A DNA stretch of 44,580 nt from a virus (taxonomy: Duplodnaviria; Heunggongvirae; Uroviricota; Caudoviricetes): IMG/VR virus record IMGVR_UViG_2534682161_000019; one strand, given 5' to 3'. The notes under the pieces were generated by a model. That model made no database searches. It worked only from the letters and a program-made list of their open reading frames with translations, and was not told where the DNA came from. The stretch's first letter is position 1. Every line of letters begins with the position of its first letter. A program made the position numbers and the translations under genes. Positions 25,635-36,100 of the stretch are shown here, piece after piece.

Positions 25635-27136
25635 TGGCAATTATTGATGATGTGATAGGCGTGTTCTCTCCAGGCTGGAAAGCGACCAGACTGCGTTCAA
25701 GGGCGTTAATCATGGCCTATGAGGCGGTGAAACCGACCCGGACACATAAAGCCCGGCGTGAAAATCGATCTGCTGATCAACTCAGTAAATATGGCGCGGT
25801 TTCCCTGCGGGAGCAGGCCCGTTTTCTGGATATCAATCATGACCTGGTGATTGGTGTGTTTGACAAGCTTGAAGAGCGGGTGATTGGTGCCAGAGGAATT
25901 ACTGTGGATCCTCAGCCATTACGAAAAAACGGGGAAATGGCGGCAGAGCTGGCTGCGGATATCCGCCGGTTGTGGGCTGAATGGTCCGTGAGTCCCGATG
26001 TGACAGGGCAGTATACCCGTCCCGTGCTTGAGCGTTTACTGCTGCGGACCTGGCTGCGGGATGGTGAAGTGTTTGCGCAGATGGTCAGTGGTGCGGGAAA
26101 CGGTCTGGAACGGACGGCGGGAGTGCCATTCTGGCTTGAAGCGATGGAGCCGGATTTTGTTCCTATGCGCAGTGATGAATCCGCCGGGCTGAATCAGGGG
26201 GTTTTTCTTGATGAGTGGGGCAGACCGAAAAAATATCTGGTTTATAAAAATTATCCGGTCAGTGGTCGGCAGAGTGATACGAAAGAAATCGCCGCCGGAA
26301 AAATGATCCACCTGAAGTTCACTCGTCGTCTGCATCAGACGCGAGGCTCATCCATGTTATCGGGGGTGCTGATGCGGATCAGTGCCCTTAAGGAGTATGA
26401 GGATGCGGAACTGACAGTGGCGCGTATTGCTGCGGCGCTGGGACTGTATATCCGTAAAGGTGACGGACAGGACTATGAAGATCCGGGGAGCAAAGAAACC
26501 GAGCGGGAAGTCCATATCACCCCGGGAATTATTTATGACGATTTGCGCAAGGGCGAGGATATCGGCATGGTCAAATCCGATCGTCCCAATCCCAACCTTG
26601 AAACTTTCCGCAACGGCCAGTTGCGTGCAGTGGCAGCTGGCAGTCGTCTGAGCTTTTCCAGTGCGGCGCGTAACTATAACGGCACCTACAGCGCCCAGCG
26701 GCAGGAGCTGGTCGAGTCCACGGATGGTTACCTGATCCTGCAGGACTGTTTTATTGGTGCGGTAACCCGCCCGGTGTACCGGACATGGCTGAATATGGTG
26801 GTTGCGGCAGGTCTGCTGAAAATTCCGGCGGATGTGGAGATGAAGACGCTATATAACGCGACGTATTCCGGTCCGGTGATGCCGTGGATTGACCCGGTTA
26901 AGGAGGCTGAAGCCTGGCGGATACAGATCCGGGGTGGTGCCGCGACGGAATCCGACTGGATCCGCGCAGGCGGGCGCAACCCGGATGAGGTCAAACGTCG
27001 CCGTAAGGCGGAAACTGAGGAAAACCGCAGGCTGGGGCTGGTCTTTGATACTGACCCCGCCAACGACAAAGGAGGCAACAGTGCCGGAACTGAACAACAG
27101 CGTCAGCAGGCCACCGACAGCCAGCATGAAGAATAA
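25634..27136 (+). CDS. portal protein
   Basis: 500-aa ORF directly after W and before the protease-capsid gene; size and position fit a portal. Confidence 0.75.
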   Translation: MAIIDDVIGVFSPGWKATRLRSRALIMAYEAVKPTRTHKARRENRSADQLSKYGAVSLREQARFLDINHDLVIGVFDKLEERVIGARGITVDPQPLRKNGEMAAELAADIRRLWAEWSVSPDVTGQYTRPVLERLLLRTWLRDGEVFAQMVSGAGNGLERTAGVPFWLEAMEPDFVPMRSDESAGLNQGVFLDEWGRPKKYLVYKNYPVSGRQSDTKEIAAGKMIHLKFTRRLHQTRGSSMLSGVLMRISALKEYEDAELTVARIAAALGLYIRKGDGQDYEDPGSKETEREVHITPGIIYDDLRKGEDIGMVKSDRPNPNLETFRNGQLRAVAAGSRLSFSSAARNYNGTYSAQRQELVESTDGYLILQDCFIGAVTRPVYRTWLNMVVAAGLLKIPADVEMKTLYNATYSGPVMPWIDPVKEAEAWRIQIRGGAATESDWIRAGGRNPDEVKRRRKAETEENRRLGLVFDTDPANDKGGNSAGTEQQRQQATDSQHEE

Positions 27137-29105
27137 ATCCTGGTTCAGGATGCAGGCGGGTGGTCAGGGTGAGGCGGATATTTATATTTATGACGAGATT
27201 GGTTTCTGGGGCGTCACCGCGAAGCAGTTTGTCAGCGATATGAATGCCCTGGGTGATATCACCCACATTAATCTCCACATCAACTCACCGGGTGGCGATG
27301 TCTTTGAAGGCATCGCCATTTTTAATGCCCTGAAAAATCACGGTGCGGCCATTACCGTGTATGTGGATGGCGTTGCCGCCTCGATGGCATCCCTGATTGC
27401 GATGGCCGGTGACACGGTCATTATGCCGGAAAATGCCTTCATGATGATCCATAAACCCTGGGGGATCAGCGGTGGTGATGCGGAGAAAATGCGCACTTAT
27501 GCCGAACGTCTGGACAAACTTGAGTCGGTTATGGTGCCGGTATATGCGCAGAAAACCGGAAAAACTACCGATGAAATTGCCGCCATGCTGGCGGATGAGA
27601 CCTGGATGTCCGGTGCCGAGTGTCTGGCACACGGATTTGCTGACCAGGTGACGCCAGCCGTTAAGGCAATGGCATGTATTCAGTCAACACGTACAGAGGA
27701 ATTTAAAAAGATGCCGGAATCCATCCGAAATATGATCACGCAGCCACACAACAGTGCCCCGCGTGATACCACAGTGACAATCCCTGCACCGGCGGTAACA
27801 GAACCATCACCGGTACCGGCAGTGTCTGATGAGGCGACCATTCGCGCCCGCGTTATGGCTGAGCAGAAAGCCCGCATGTCAGGCATTAACGATCTGTTTG
27901 CCATGTTTGGCGGGCGCTATCAGGCGCTTCAGGCGCAGTGTGTGGCCGATCCTGACTGTTCGCTGGAAATGGCCCGCGAGCGCCTTCTGAATGAAATGGG
28001 CAAGGAGTCCTCGCCGACCAACAAAAACACACCGGCCCATATTTATGCCGGAAACGGCAATTTTGTGGGAGACGGGATCCGCCAGGCGATGCTGGCCCGT
28101 GCCGGATATGAAAATGTCGAGAAGGATAATGTCTATAACGGGATGACCCTGCGTGAATGGGCTCGCATGTCACTGACCGAGCGTGGTATTGGGGTGGCCA
28201 GTTATAACCCCATGCAGATGGTCGGGCTGGCGCTGACGCACAGCACCTCTGATTTTGGCAATATTCTGCTGGATGTGTCGAACAAGGGGCTGATCCAGGG
28301 CTGGGAGGAATCAGAAGAAACCTTCCAGAAGTGGACCCGTAAGGGACGCCTGTCAGACTTCAAAACAGCGTATCGCGTGGGGATGGGCGGTTTTGGTTCT
28401 CTGCGTCAGGTTCGTGAAGGGGCGGAGTATAAATACATCACCACCTCAGATCGCAAGGAGACCATTGCTCTGGCCACTTACGGGGAGATTTTCTCCATCA
28501 CCCGCCAGGCCATTATCAATGATGACCTGAATATGCTGGTTGACGTGCCGATGAAGATGGGGCGTGCGGCGAAGGCAACGATTGGTGACCTGGTTTACAA
28601 GGTGCTGACGGATAACCCGAAACTGTCAGACGGTAAGGCGCTGTTCCATGCCGATCACAAAAATATTGCCACCGGCGGGATCTCCGTTTCCGGGCTGGAT
28701 GCGGCCCGTCAGATGATGCGCCTGCAGAAAGAAGGCGATCGCGCCCTGAATATCCGTCCGGCCTTTATGCTGGTGCCGGTGTCACTGGAGACGGTGGCGA
28801 ACCAGACCATCAAATCGGCCAGTGTGAAAGGGGCGGATGCAAACGCCGGTGTCATTAACCCGATCCAGAACTTTGCCGAAGTAATTGCGGAAGCGCGTCT
28901 TGATGCGGCAGATCCGAAAACCTGGTACCTGGCTGCGGCACAGGGCACCGACACCATTGAAGTGGCCTGGCTCGATGGTGTGGACACCCCCTACATTGAC
29001 CAGCAGGAAGGTTTCACCACTGACGGTATCGCCACAAAAATCCGTATTGATGCCGGTGTGGCACCACTTGACTGGCGCGGGCTGGTGCGTTCGTCGGTGG
29101 CCTGA
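27081..29105 (+). CDS. fused prohead protease (ClpP-like) - scaffold - major capsid protein (Gifsy-2-type head gene)
   Basis: GTG at 27081 5 nt after AAAGGAGG; N-terminal ClpP-like domain (...HINLHINSPGGDVFEGIAIFNALKNH...VDGVAASMASLIAMAGD...MMIHKPW...), central linker, C-terminal ~300 aa resembling an HK97-fold capsid protein. Confidence 0.75.
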   Translation: MPELNNSVSRPPTASMKNKSWFRMQAGGQGEADIYIYDEIGFWGVTAKQFVSDMNALGDITHINLHINSPGGDVFEGIAIFNALKNHGAAITVYVDGVAASMASLIAMAGDTVIMPENAFMMIHKPWGISGGDAEKMRTYAERLDKLESVMVPVYAQKTGKTTDEIAAMLADETWMSGAECLAHGFADQVTPAVKAMACIQSTRTEEFKKMPESIRNMITQPHNSAPRDTTVTIPAPAVTEPSPVPAVSDEATIRARVMAEQKARMSGINDLFAMFGGRYQALQAQCVADPDCSLEMARERLLNEMGKESSPTNKNTPAHIYAGNGNFVGDGIRQAMLARAGYENVEKDNVYNGMTLREWARMSLTERGIGVASYNPMQMVGLALTHSTSDFGNILLDVSNKGLIQGWEESEETFQKWTRKGRLSDFKTAYRVGMGGFGSLRQVREGAEYKYITTSDRKETIALATYGEIFSITRQAIINDDLNMLVDVPMKMGRAAKATIGDLVYKVLTDNPKLSDGKALFHADHKNIATGGISVSGLDAARQMMRLQKEGDRALNIRPAFMLVPVSLETVANQTIKSASVKGADANAGVINPIQNFAEVIAEARLDAADPKTWYLAAAQGTDTIEVAWLDGVDTPYIDQQEGFTTDGIATKIRIDAGVAPLDWRGLVRSSVA

Positions 29106-29127
29106 TAACCGCGTTATCACAATCACT

Positions 29128-29146
29128 GCCCGAAAGGGCTTTTTTT
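29128..29146 (+). terminator. short terminator-like hairpin after the capsid gene
   Basis: GCCC-GAAA-GGGC followed by TTTTTTT; short stem, so weak. Confidence 0.3.
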
Positions 29147-29191
29147 ATGCCTGAAAACAGCCCCCCGGGGGCTGTCCGGAGAGACAGCATT

Positions 29192-29518
29192 ATGGCTAAA
29201 AATTTTGTACAGGACGGCACCACCATTGAGCTGGTGAATGCCGGGGATCAGACCATTCTGAGCGGTGCCGCTGTGGTGGTTGGCAGCATGGTGGCAGTGA
29301 CCATTACCGATATTCCTGCCGGGAAGACTGGTGACGGGTTCGCCGAAGGCGTGTTCCTGCTGCCCAAACAGTCTGCCGACGATATTCAGGCCGGTGTGGC
29401 GGTTTATCTGAAGGACGGGACTGTGCAGCCTGCCGCAGACGGTGCAGTGGCGGCGGGAATGGCATGGGAGCATGCGCCGTCAGGCACCACCACGGTGGCG
29501 GTTAAAATCAATGCCTGA
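29192..29518 (+). CDS. putative head decoration / small head structural protein
   Basis: 108 aa directly after the capsid gene (lambda D-like position and size); Gly/Ala/Val-rich. Confidence 0.4.
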   Translation: MAKNFVQDGTTIELVNAGDQTILSGAAVVVGSMVAVTITDIPAGKTGDGFAEGVFLLPKQSADDIQAGVAVYLKDGTVQPAADGAVAAGMAWEHAPSGTTTVAVKINA

Positions 29519-29792
29519 TCTGTTTGCGCGAATGTGCAGCCGGATGGACCTGGCGACCGTACGCATGATGGGGAAAACGGCGGAGATTAACGGCGTAGTG
29601 TATGACGTGATACCGGAGTATGAGTCTGCGGATATGGGGGCGCTTTCCGGCAGTCAGTTGTCACTGGTGGTGTTTTCAGCGCAGTACCGGCCGGCCCGCG
29701 ATGATGTGGTTGTGTTTGACGGTCGCTCACTGGTGGTGACCCGTTATGACACGTACAACGGTAATCCCCGGATTTTTGTCGAACAGGAATAA
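29511..29792 (+). CDS. putative head-tail joining protein (FII-like position)
   Basis: 93 aa from the ATG at 29511, overlapping the previous stop; lies between head genes and gpZ. Confidence 0.4.
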   Translation: MPDLFARMCSRMDLATVRMMGKTAEINGVVYDVIPEYESADMGALSGSQLSLVVFSAQYRPARDDVVVFDGRSLVVTRYDTYNGNPRIFVEQE

Positions 29793-29794
29793 GT

Positions 29795-30418
29795 ATGGCG
29801 ATAAAAGGTCTGGCGCAGGCCATGAAAAATCTGGATGCGATTAACCGCCGTGCCGTTCCCCGGGCTGCCGCCACGACGCTTAACCGTGTGGCGGAGTCCA
29901 TCATCGCGAAAACGGCCTCTTCGGTTGCCCGGGAGCTGGCGGTCCCACACCGTCTCATCCGTGAGCGTATCCGCCTGCAACGGGCCAGCGCAGACAGGGT
30001 TTATGCGAAGGTCATCATCAACACCGGTAATCTGCCCGCCATAAAACTGGGGACGGCCAGCGTGCGGCTTTCCCGCAGAAAGCGGCGAAAGAAAGGTGAG
30101 CGTTCGGTCACGAAAGGCGGTAGCAGTGTGCTGATTGTCGGGAAACGACGGATCCCGAATGCTTTTATTACCCGGCTGGAAAATGGCCGGTGGCATGTGA
30201 TGCAGCGTATGCCGTGGGCATCATCGTCCACCGGTGCGGACAGCAAAGGGAGGACGAAACGCCACCGTCTGCCGATCGAAGTGGTGAAGATTCCGACTGC
30301 CGGACCGCTGGCAGAAACCTTTGAACGTGAACGGGACCGGATGTACCGGGAAAAATTACCGGTGCAGATGATGAAAGCCATGACGCATCAGTTACGCCTG
30401 GTGCTGAAAAGAAAATGA
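29795..30418 (+). CDS. Z: minor tail protein Z (lambda gpZ-like)
   Basis: 207 aa; MAIKGL.QA..NL..I...AVP.AAA...NRVA.S........VARE...........R.RL.RA..... pattern and ...RLENGRWHVMQR... match lambda Z. Confidence 0.85.
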   Translation: MAIKGLAQAMKNLDAINRRAVPRAAATTLNRVAESIIAKTASSVARELAVPHRLIRERIRLQRASADRVYAKVIINTGNLPAIKLGTASVRLSRRKRRKKGERSVTKGGSSVLIVGKRRIPNAFITRLENGRWHVMQRMPWASSSTGADSKGRTKRHRLPIEVVKIPTAGPLAETFERERDRMYREKLPVQMMKAMTHQLRLVLKRK

Positions 30419-30430
30419 CAGGGAGGGTGT

Positions 30431-30829
30431 ATGAAACACCGTGAAATACGGGCGGCAGTTCTGTCTGCCCTGAAAGAAAATATTTCTGAGCGGGTGAGCT
30501 GGTTTGACGGCCGCCCGGTTTTTATTGATGAACAGGAACTACCTGCTGTTGCTGTTTACCTGACTGATGCGTCTGCTGCTGACGAGTTCGTTGATGAGGG
30601 GACCTGGGAGGCGACACTGCATATTGAAGTTTTTCTCAGGGCAAAAGAACCGGACTCGGCACTGGATATGTGGATGGAAGAGAAAATCCTTCCTGCGCTG
30701 GAGGCGGTTCCCGGCCTCAGTGCGTTACTGCTGAAGATGAATCTTCAGGGGTATGACTACCGCCGGGATGATGAGTTTATGATGTGGGGATCGGCAGATC
30801 TCCTGTGGAAAATTACCTACGAGATGTGA
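30431..30829 (+). CDS. U: tail terminator protein U (lambda gpU)
   Basis: 132 aa [14 protein letters not shown]...FDGRPVF.DE...PAVAVYLT...W.A.LHIEVFL...GYDYRRDD...ITYEM, closely matching lambda U. Confidence 0.9.
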   Translation: MKHREIRAAVLSALKENISERVSWFDGRPVFIDEQELPAVAVYLTDASAADEFVDEGTWEATLHIEVFLRAKEPDSALDMWMEEKILPALEAVPGLSALLLKMNLQGYDYRRDDEFMMWGSADLLWKITYEM

Positions 30830-30836
30830 GGACGAT

Positions 30837-31586
30837 ATGGCAATACCAAATCCTCTTGAGCCGGTGAAAGGTTCCGGCACCACACTATGGGTGTACACCG
30901 GCACTGGTGATGCTTATGCAAACCCGCTGTCAGACGATGAGTGGACGCGCCTGGCAAAAATAAAGGATCTGACACCCGGCGAGATGACGGCAGAATCCTA
31001 CGATGATAACTATCTGGATGATGATGATGCGGACTGGGTATCCACCGGGCAGGGGCAGAAATCAGCAGGGGATACCAGTTTTACGCTGGCCTGGAAGCCC
31101 GGCGAGAAAGGGCAGCGCGATTTGATCGCCTGGTTTGACAGCAGTGAGAGCCGAGCCTACAAAATCCGTTTCCCGAACGGCACGGTGGATGTGTTCCGTG
31201 GCTGGGTGAGCGCCATTGGTAAAGCGGTGACCGCCAAAGAGGTGATCACCCGTACCGTGAAGATCACCAATATCGGCCGTCCGTCGCTGGCGGAAGATCA
31301 GGGGGACATCACGCCGGTCACCGGTATTACCGTGACGCCATCAACGGGCAATGTGGCAAAAGGTCAGAATATCACCCTGACTGTGGCCGTTCAGCCGGAA
31401 GGGGCGACGGATAAAACCTTCCGCGCCACGTCAGCGAATCAGAATTTCGCCACCATTACCGTGAAAGGGAACACGATCACGGTGAAAGGTGTTGCGGCCG
31501 GTAAAGCGCAGATCCCTGTGGTGACCGGAAATGGTCAGTTTGCGGCAGTGGCAGAAATTACCGTCACGGATGGTGTTGCGGGTTAA
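30837..31586 (+). CDS. V: major tail protein V (lambda gpV) with C-terminal Ig-like domain
   Basis: 249 aa; ...[51 protein letters not shown]...[16 protein letters not shown]... nearly identical to lambda V. Confidence 0.95.
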   Translation: MAIPNPLEPVKGSGTTLWVYTGTGDAYANPLSDDEWTRLAKIKDLTPGEMTAESYDDNYLDDDDADWVSTGQGQKSAGDTSFTLAWKPGEKGQRDLIAWFDSSESRAYKIRFPNGTVDVFRGWVSAIGKAVTAKEVITRTVKITNIGRPSLAEDQGDITPVTGITVTPSTGNVAKGQNITLTVAVQPEGATDKTFRATSANQNFATITVKGNTITVKGVAAGKAQIPVVTGNGQFAAVAEITVTDGVAG

Positions 31587-31606
31587 GCTGAGGGAGTGAT
31601 AAAAGC

Positions 31607-32038
31607 ATGTTTCTGAAAACAGAACAATTTGAATATAACGGCGTGTCCGTCACCCTTTCCGAACTGTCTGCGCTGCAGCGTATTGAGCATCTTGCCCTCC
31701 TGAAACGGCGGGCAGAAGAGGCTGAAGCCAGCGGCAACCTGCAGGTGAGCGTGGAAGACATTGTCAGAACCGGGGCGTTTCTGGTGGCGATGTCCCTGTG
31801 GCATAACCATCCACAGAAAACGGAGTCACCGTCAATGAATGAGGCTGTGATGCAGATTGAGCAGGAAGTCCTGACCACCTGGCCTGCTGATGCCATTGCC
31901 CGGGCGGAAGACGTGGTGTTGCGTCTGTCCGGGATGAGTGAGCCTGTTCATGTGGATACGGATATCACCGAAGTGGCGAAAAATAATGCGCTTACTGATG
32001 ATGATTTTTCTGCGGGAAAGTCTTCGACGGCGAGCTGA
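31607..32038 (+). CDS. G: tail assembly chaperone G (lambda gpG)
   Basis: 143 aa MFLKTEQFEYNGVSVTLSELSALQRIEHLALLKRRAEEAEA..., closely matching lambda G. Confidence 0.9.
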   Translation: MFLKTEQFEYNGVSVTLSELSALQRIEHLALLKRRAEEAEASGNLQVSVEDIVRTGAFLVAMSLWHNHPQKTESPSMNEAVMQIEQEVLTTWPADAIARAEDVVLRLSGMSEPVHVDTDITEVAKNNALTDDDFSAGKSSTAS

Positions 32039-32469
32039 ATTTTGCCCTCAGACTGGCGCGTGAGATGGGGAGGCCTGACTGGCGCACCATGCTTGCCGGG
32101 ATGACATCCACCGAATATGCCGACTGGCACCGTTTTTACCGCACGCATTATTTTCAGGATACCCAGCTGGATATGCATTTTTCCGGGCTGATGTACGCCG
32201 TACTCAGCCTGTTTTTTTGCGATCCGGATATGCATCCGGCGGATTTCAGTCTGCTTGCACCCCGACGTGATGATGAGCAGACGGAGATGCCGGATGAGGA
32301 CGATATGCTGATGCGGAAAGCGGCAGGACTTTCTGGTGGTGTCCGCTTTGGGGCTGACGGGAAGGAAATCGTTACGGTCAGTGATGACATGCGGAGCAGT
32401 ACAGAGGATGAAGCCATGCTGATGATGGTGTCTGAGGGAATTCCAGGAGGTGTACGCTATGGCGGGTAA
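31607..32469 (+). CDS. GT: tail assembly chaperone G-T fusion made by programmed -1 ribosomal frameshift
   Basis: Slippery heptamer GGGAAAG at 32014-32020 in the G frame, as in lambda; the -1 frame continues into the T-like ORF (...DWRTMLAGMTSTEYADWHRFYRTHYFQD...), which matches lambda gpT. Confidence 0.8.
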
Positions 32470-35071
32470 TTTTGCCGATCTGACAGCTGTTCTTACACTG
32501 GATTCAACCCGTTTTTCTGAAGAGGCTGCACGGGTAAAGAAAGAACTGGGTGAAACCAGTGACCTTGCGGATTTGATGGCCGGGCGTGTCAGCCAGTCTT
32601 TTAAGAAACAGGCCACTGCCGTTGAACAGGGCCTGAGCCGTCAGGCGCTGGCTGCACAAAAAGCCGGGATTTCCGTCGGGCAGTATAAAGCGGCCATGCG
32701 TACCCTGCCAGCACAGTTTACGGATATCGCCACGCAGCTTGCCGGTGGTCAGAATCCCTGGCTTATTCTGCTGCAACAGGGCGGTCAGGTGAAGGACGCC
32801 TTCGGCGGGATGCTCCCCATGTTCAGGGGGCTTGCCGGTGCGATCACCCTGCCGATGGTCGGGGTCACCTCGCTGGCGGTGGCGACAGGTGCGCTGGCGT
32901 ATGCCTGGTACCAGGGGGATTCCACGCTTTCAGCGTTTAATAAAACCCTGGTTCTTTCCGGTAATCAGTCCGGACTGGCTGCCGATCGCATGCTGACGCT
33001 CTCCAGAGCCGGACAGGCAGCAGGGCTGACGTTTAACCAGGCGAGCGAGTCACTGGCAGCCCTGGTGAATGCCGGTGTGCGTGGTGGTGAACAGTTTGAT
33101 GCCATCAACCAGAGTGTGGCGCGTTTTGCTTCTGCATCCGGTGTGGAAGTGGACAAGGTTGCAGAGGCTTTTGGAAAGCTGACCACCGACCCGACGTCGG
33201 GACTGATGGCTATGGCGCGCCAGTTCCGTAACGTGACGGCAGAGCAGATTGCGTATGTTGCGCAGCTGCAGCGTTCGGGTGATGAGGCAGGGGCCTTACA
33301 GGCGGCGAACGATATCGCCACAAAAGGCTTTGATGAGCAGACCCGTCGCCTGAAAGAAAACATGGGGACGCTGGAAACCTGGGCGGATAAAACCGGGAAG
33401 GCATTCAAATTGATGTGGGATGCCATCCTGGATATCGGTCGTCCTGAATCCTCAGCGGATATGCTCGCCAGTGCGCAGAAGGCATTTGATGAGGCGGATA
33501 AAAAATGGCAGTGGTACCAGAGCCGGAGTCAGCGCCGGGGAAAGACCTCCTCTTTCCGTGCCAACCTTCAGGGTGCATGGGATGACCGTGAAAATGCCCG
33601 TCTGGGGCTGGCGGCAGCCACGCTGCAGTCGGATATGGAAAAAGCCGGTGAACTGGTGGCAAGGGACCGGGCTGAGCGTGAGGCGTCACAGCTGAAGTAT
33701 ACCGGAGAGGCGCAGAAGGCGTATGAGCGCCTGCTGACGCCACTGGAGAAATATACCGCCCGTCAGGAAGAACTGAATAAGGCACTGAAAGACGGGAAAA
33801 TTCTGCAGGCGGATTACAACACGCTGATGGCGGCGGCGAAAAAGGATTATGAAGCGACGCTGAAAAAGCCGAAACAGTCCGGCGTGAAGGTGTCTGCGGG
33901 CGATCGTCAGGAAGACAGTGCTCATGCTGCCCTGCTGACGCTTCAGGCAGAACTCCGGACGCTGGAGAAGCATGCCGGAGCAAATGAGAAAATCAGCCAG
34001 CAGCGCCGGGATTTGTGGAAGGCGGAGAGTCAGTTCGCGGTACTGGAGGAGGCGGCGCAACGTCGCCAGCTGTCTGCACAGGAGAAATCCCTGCTGGCGC
34101 ATAAAGATGAGACGCTGGAGTATAAACGCCAGCTGGCTGCACTTGGCGACAAGGTTACGTATCAGGAGCGCCTGAACGCGCTGGCGCAGCAGGCGGATAA
34201 ATTCGCACAGCAGCAACGGGCAAAACGGGCCGCCATTGATGCGAAAAGCCGGGGGCTGACTGACCGGCAGGCAGAACGGGAAGCCACGGAACAGCGCCTG
34301 AAGGAACAGTATGGCGATAATCCGCTGGCGCTGAATAACGTCATGTCAGAGCAGAAAAAGACCTGGGCAGCTGAAGACCAGCTTCGCGGGAGCTGGATGG
34401 CAGGCCTCAGGTCCGGCTGGAGCGAGTGGAAAGAGAGCGCCACGGACAGTATGTCGCAGGTAAAAAGTGCAGCCACGCAGACCTTTGATGGTATTGCACA
34501 GAATATGGCGGCGATGCTGACCGGCAGTGAGCAGAACTGGCGCAGCTTCACCCGTTCCGTGCTGTCCATGATGACAGAAATTCTGCTTAAGCAGGCAATG
34601 GTGGGGATTGTCGGGAGTATCGGCAGCGCCATTGGCGGGGCTGTTGGTGGTGGCGCATCCGCGTCAGGCGGTACAGCCATTCAGGCCGCTGCGGCGAAAT
34701 TCCATTTTGCAACCGGAGGATTCACAGGAACCGGCGGCAAATATGAGCCAGCGGGGATTGTTCACCGTGGTGAATTTGTCTTCACGAAGGAGGCAACCAG
34801 CCGGATTGGTGTCGGCAACCTGTACCGCCTGATGCGGGGCTATGCGGAAGGTGGTTATGTGGGCGGTGCCGGAAGTCCGGCGCAGATGCGGCGGGCTGAA
34901 GGCATTAATTTTAATCAGAACAATCACGTGGTGATTCAGAACGACGGTACGAATGGTCTGCCAGGTCCACAGATGATGAAGGCAGTGTATGACATGGCCC
35001 GCAAGGGTGCCCGTGATGAAATTCAGACACAGATGCGTGATGGTGGCCTGTTCTCCGGAGGTGGACGATGA
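32459..35071 (+). CDS. H: tail tape measure protein H (lambda gpH)
   Basis: ATG at 32459 8 nt after AGGAGG (track begins at the upstream GTG 32450); ~870 aa, long stretches essentially identical to lambda H (...QALAAQKAGISVGQYKAAMRTLPAQFTDIATQLAGGQNPWLILLQQGGQVKD...). Confidence 0.95.
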   Translation: MAGNFADLTAVLTLDSTRFSEEAARVKKELGETSDLADLMAGRVSQSFKKQATAVEQGLSRQALAAQKAGISVGQYKAAMRTLPAQFTDIATQLAGGQNPWLILLQQGGQVKDAFGGMLPMFRGLAGAITLPMVGVTSLAVATGALAYAWYQGDSTLSAFNKTLVLSGNQSGLAADRMLTLSRAGQAAGLTFNQASESLAALVNAGVRGGEQFDAINQSVARFASASGVEVDKVAEAFGKLTTDPTSGLMAMARQFRNVTAEQIAYVAQLQRSGDEAGALQAANDIATKGFDEQTRRLKENMGTLETWADKTGKAFKLMWDAILDIGRPESSADMLASAQKAFDEADKKWQWYQSRSQRRGKTSSFRANLQGAWDDRENARLGLAAATLQSDMEKAGELVARDRAEREASQLKYTGEAQKAYERLLTPLEKYTARQEELNKALKDGKILQADYNTLMAAAKKDYEATLKKPKQSGVKVSAGDRQEDSAHAALLTLQAELRTLEKHAGANEKISQQRRDLWKAESQFAVLEEAAQRRQLSAQEKSLLAHKDETLEYKRQLAALGDKVTYQERLNALAQQADKFAQQQRAKRAAIDAKSRGLTDRQAEREATEQRLKEQYGDNPLALNNVMSEQKKTWAAEDQLRGSWMAGLRSGWSEWKESATDSMSQVKSAATQTFDGIAQNMAAMLTGSEQNWRSFTRSVLSMMTEILLKQAMVGIVGSIGSAIGGAVGGGASASGGTAIQAAAAKFHFATGGFTGTGGKYEPAGIVHRGEFVFTKEATSRIGVGNLYRLMRGYAEGGYVGGAGSPAQMRRAEGINFNQNNHVVIQNDGTNGLPGPQMMKAVYDMARKGARDEIQTQMRDGGLFSGGGR

Positions 35072-35397
35072 AAACCTTCCGCTGGAAAGTGAAACCCGGT
35101 ATGGATGTGGTTTCGGCCCCTTCCGTCAGGAAAGTGCGCTTTGGTGATGGCTATTCCCAGCGAGCGCCTGCCGGGCTGAACGCTGACCTGAAAACGTACA
35201 GCGTGACGCTGTCTGTCTCCCGTGAGGAGGCCACGGCGCTGGAGTCGTTTCTGGCTGAGCACGGGGGCTGGAAAGCCTTTCTGTGGACGCCGCCTTATGA
35301 GTGGCGGCAGATAAAGGTGACCTGCGCAAAATGGTCGTCGCGGGTCAGTATGCTGCGTGTTGAGTTCAGCGCAGAGTTTGAACAGGTGGTGAACTGA
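35068..35397 (+). CDS. M: minor tail protein M (lambda gpM)
   Basis: 109 aa MKTFRWKVKPGMDVVSAPSVRKVRFGDGYSQRAPAGLNADLKTYSVTLSV..., matching lambda M. Confidence 0.95.
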   Translation: MKTFRWKVKPGMDVVSAPSVRKVRFGDGYSQRAPAGLNADLKTYSVTLSVSREEATALESFLAEHGGWKAFLWTPPYEWRQIKVTCAKWSSRVSMLRVEFSAEFEQVVN

Positions 35398-36095
35398 TGC
35401 AGGATATCCGGCAGGAAACACTGAATGAATGCACCCGTGCGGAGCAGTCGGCCAGCGTGGTGCTCTGGGAAATCGACCTGACAGAGGTCGGTGGAGAACG
35501 TTATTTTTTCTGTAATGAGCAGAACGAAAAAGGTGAGCCGGTCACCTGGCAGGGGCGACAGTATCAGCCGTATCCCATTCAGGGGAGTGGTTTCGAACTG
35601 AATGGCAAAGGCACCAGTACGCGCCCCACGCTGACGGTTTCTAACCTGTACGGTATGGTCACCGGGATGGCGGAAGATCTGCAGAGTCTGGTCGGCGGAA
35701 CGGTGGTCCGGCGTAAGGTTTACGCCCGTTTTCTGGATGCGGTGAACTTCGTCAACGGAAACAGTGACGCCGATCCGGAGCAGGAGGTGATCAGCCGCTG
35801 GCGCATCGAGCAGTGCAGCGAACTGAGCGCGGTGAGTGCCTCCTTTGTACTGTCCACGCCGACGGAAACGGACGGCGCTGTTTTTCCGGGACGTATCATG
35901 CTGGCCAACACCTGCACCTGGACCTATCGCGGTGATGAGTGCGGTTATAGCGGTCCGGCTGTCGCGGATGAATATGACCAGCCAACGTCCGATATCACGA
36001 AGGATAAATGCAGCAAATGCCTGAGCGGTTGTAAGTTCCGCAATAACGTCGGCAACTTTGGCGGCTTCCTTTCCATTAACAAACTTTCGCAGTAA
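35397..36095 (+). CDS. L: minor tail protein L (lambda gpL)
   Basis: 232 aa MQDIRQETLNECTRAEQSASVVLWEIDLTEVGGERYFFCNEQNEKGEPVTWQGRQYQPYPIQGSGFE..., matching lambda L. Confidence 0.95.
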   Translation: MQDIRQETLNECTRAEQSASVVLWEIDLTEVGGERYFFCNEQNEKGEPVTWQGRQYQPYPIQGSGFELNGKGTSTRPTLTVSNLYGMVTGMAEDLQSLVGGTVVRRKVYARFLDAVNFVNGNSDADPEQEVISRWRIEQCSELSAVSASFVLSTPTETDGAVFPGRIMLANTCTWTYRGDECGYSGPAVADEYDQPTSDITKDKCSKCLSGCKFRNNVGNFGGFLSINKLSQ

Positions 36096-36100
36096 ATCCC

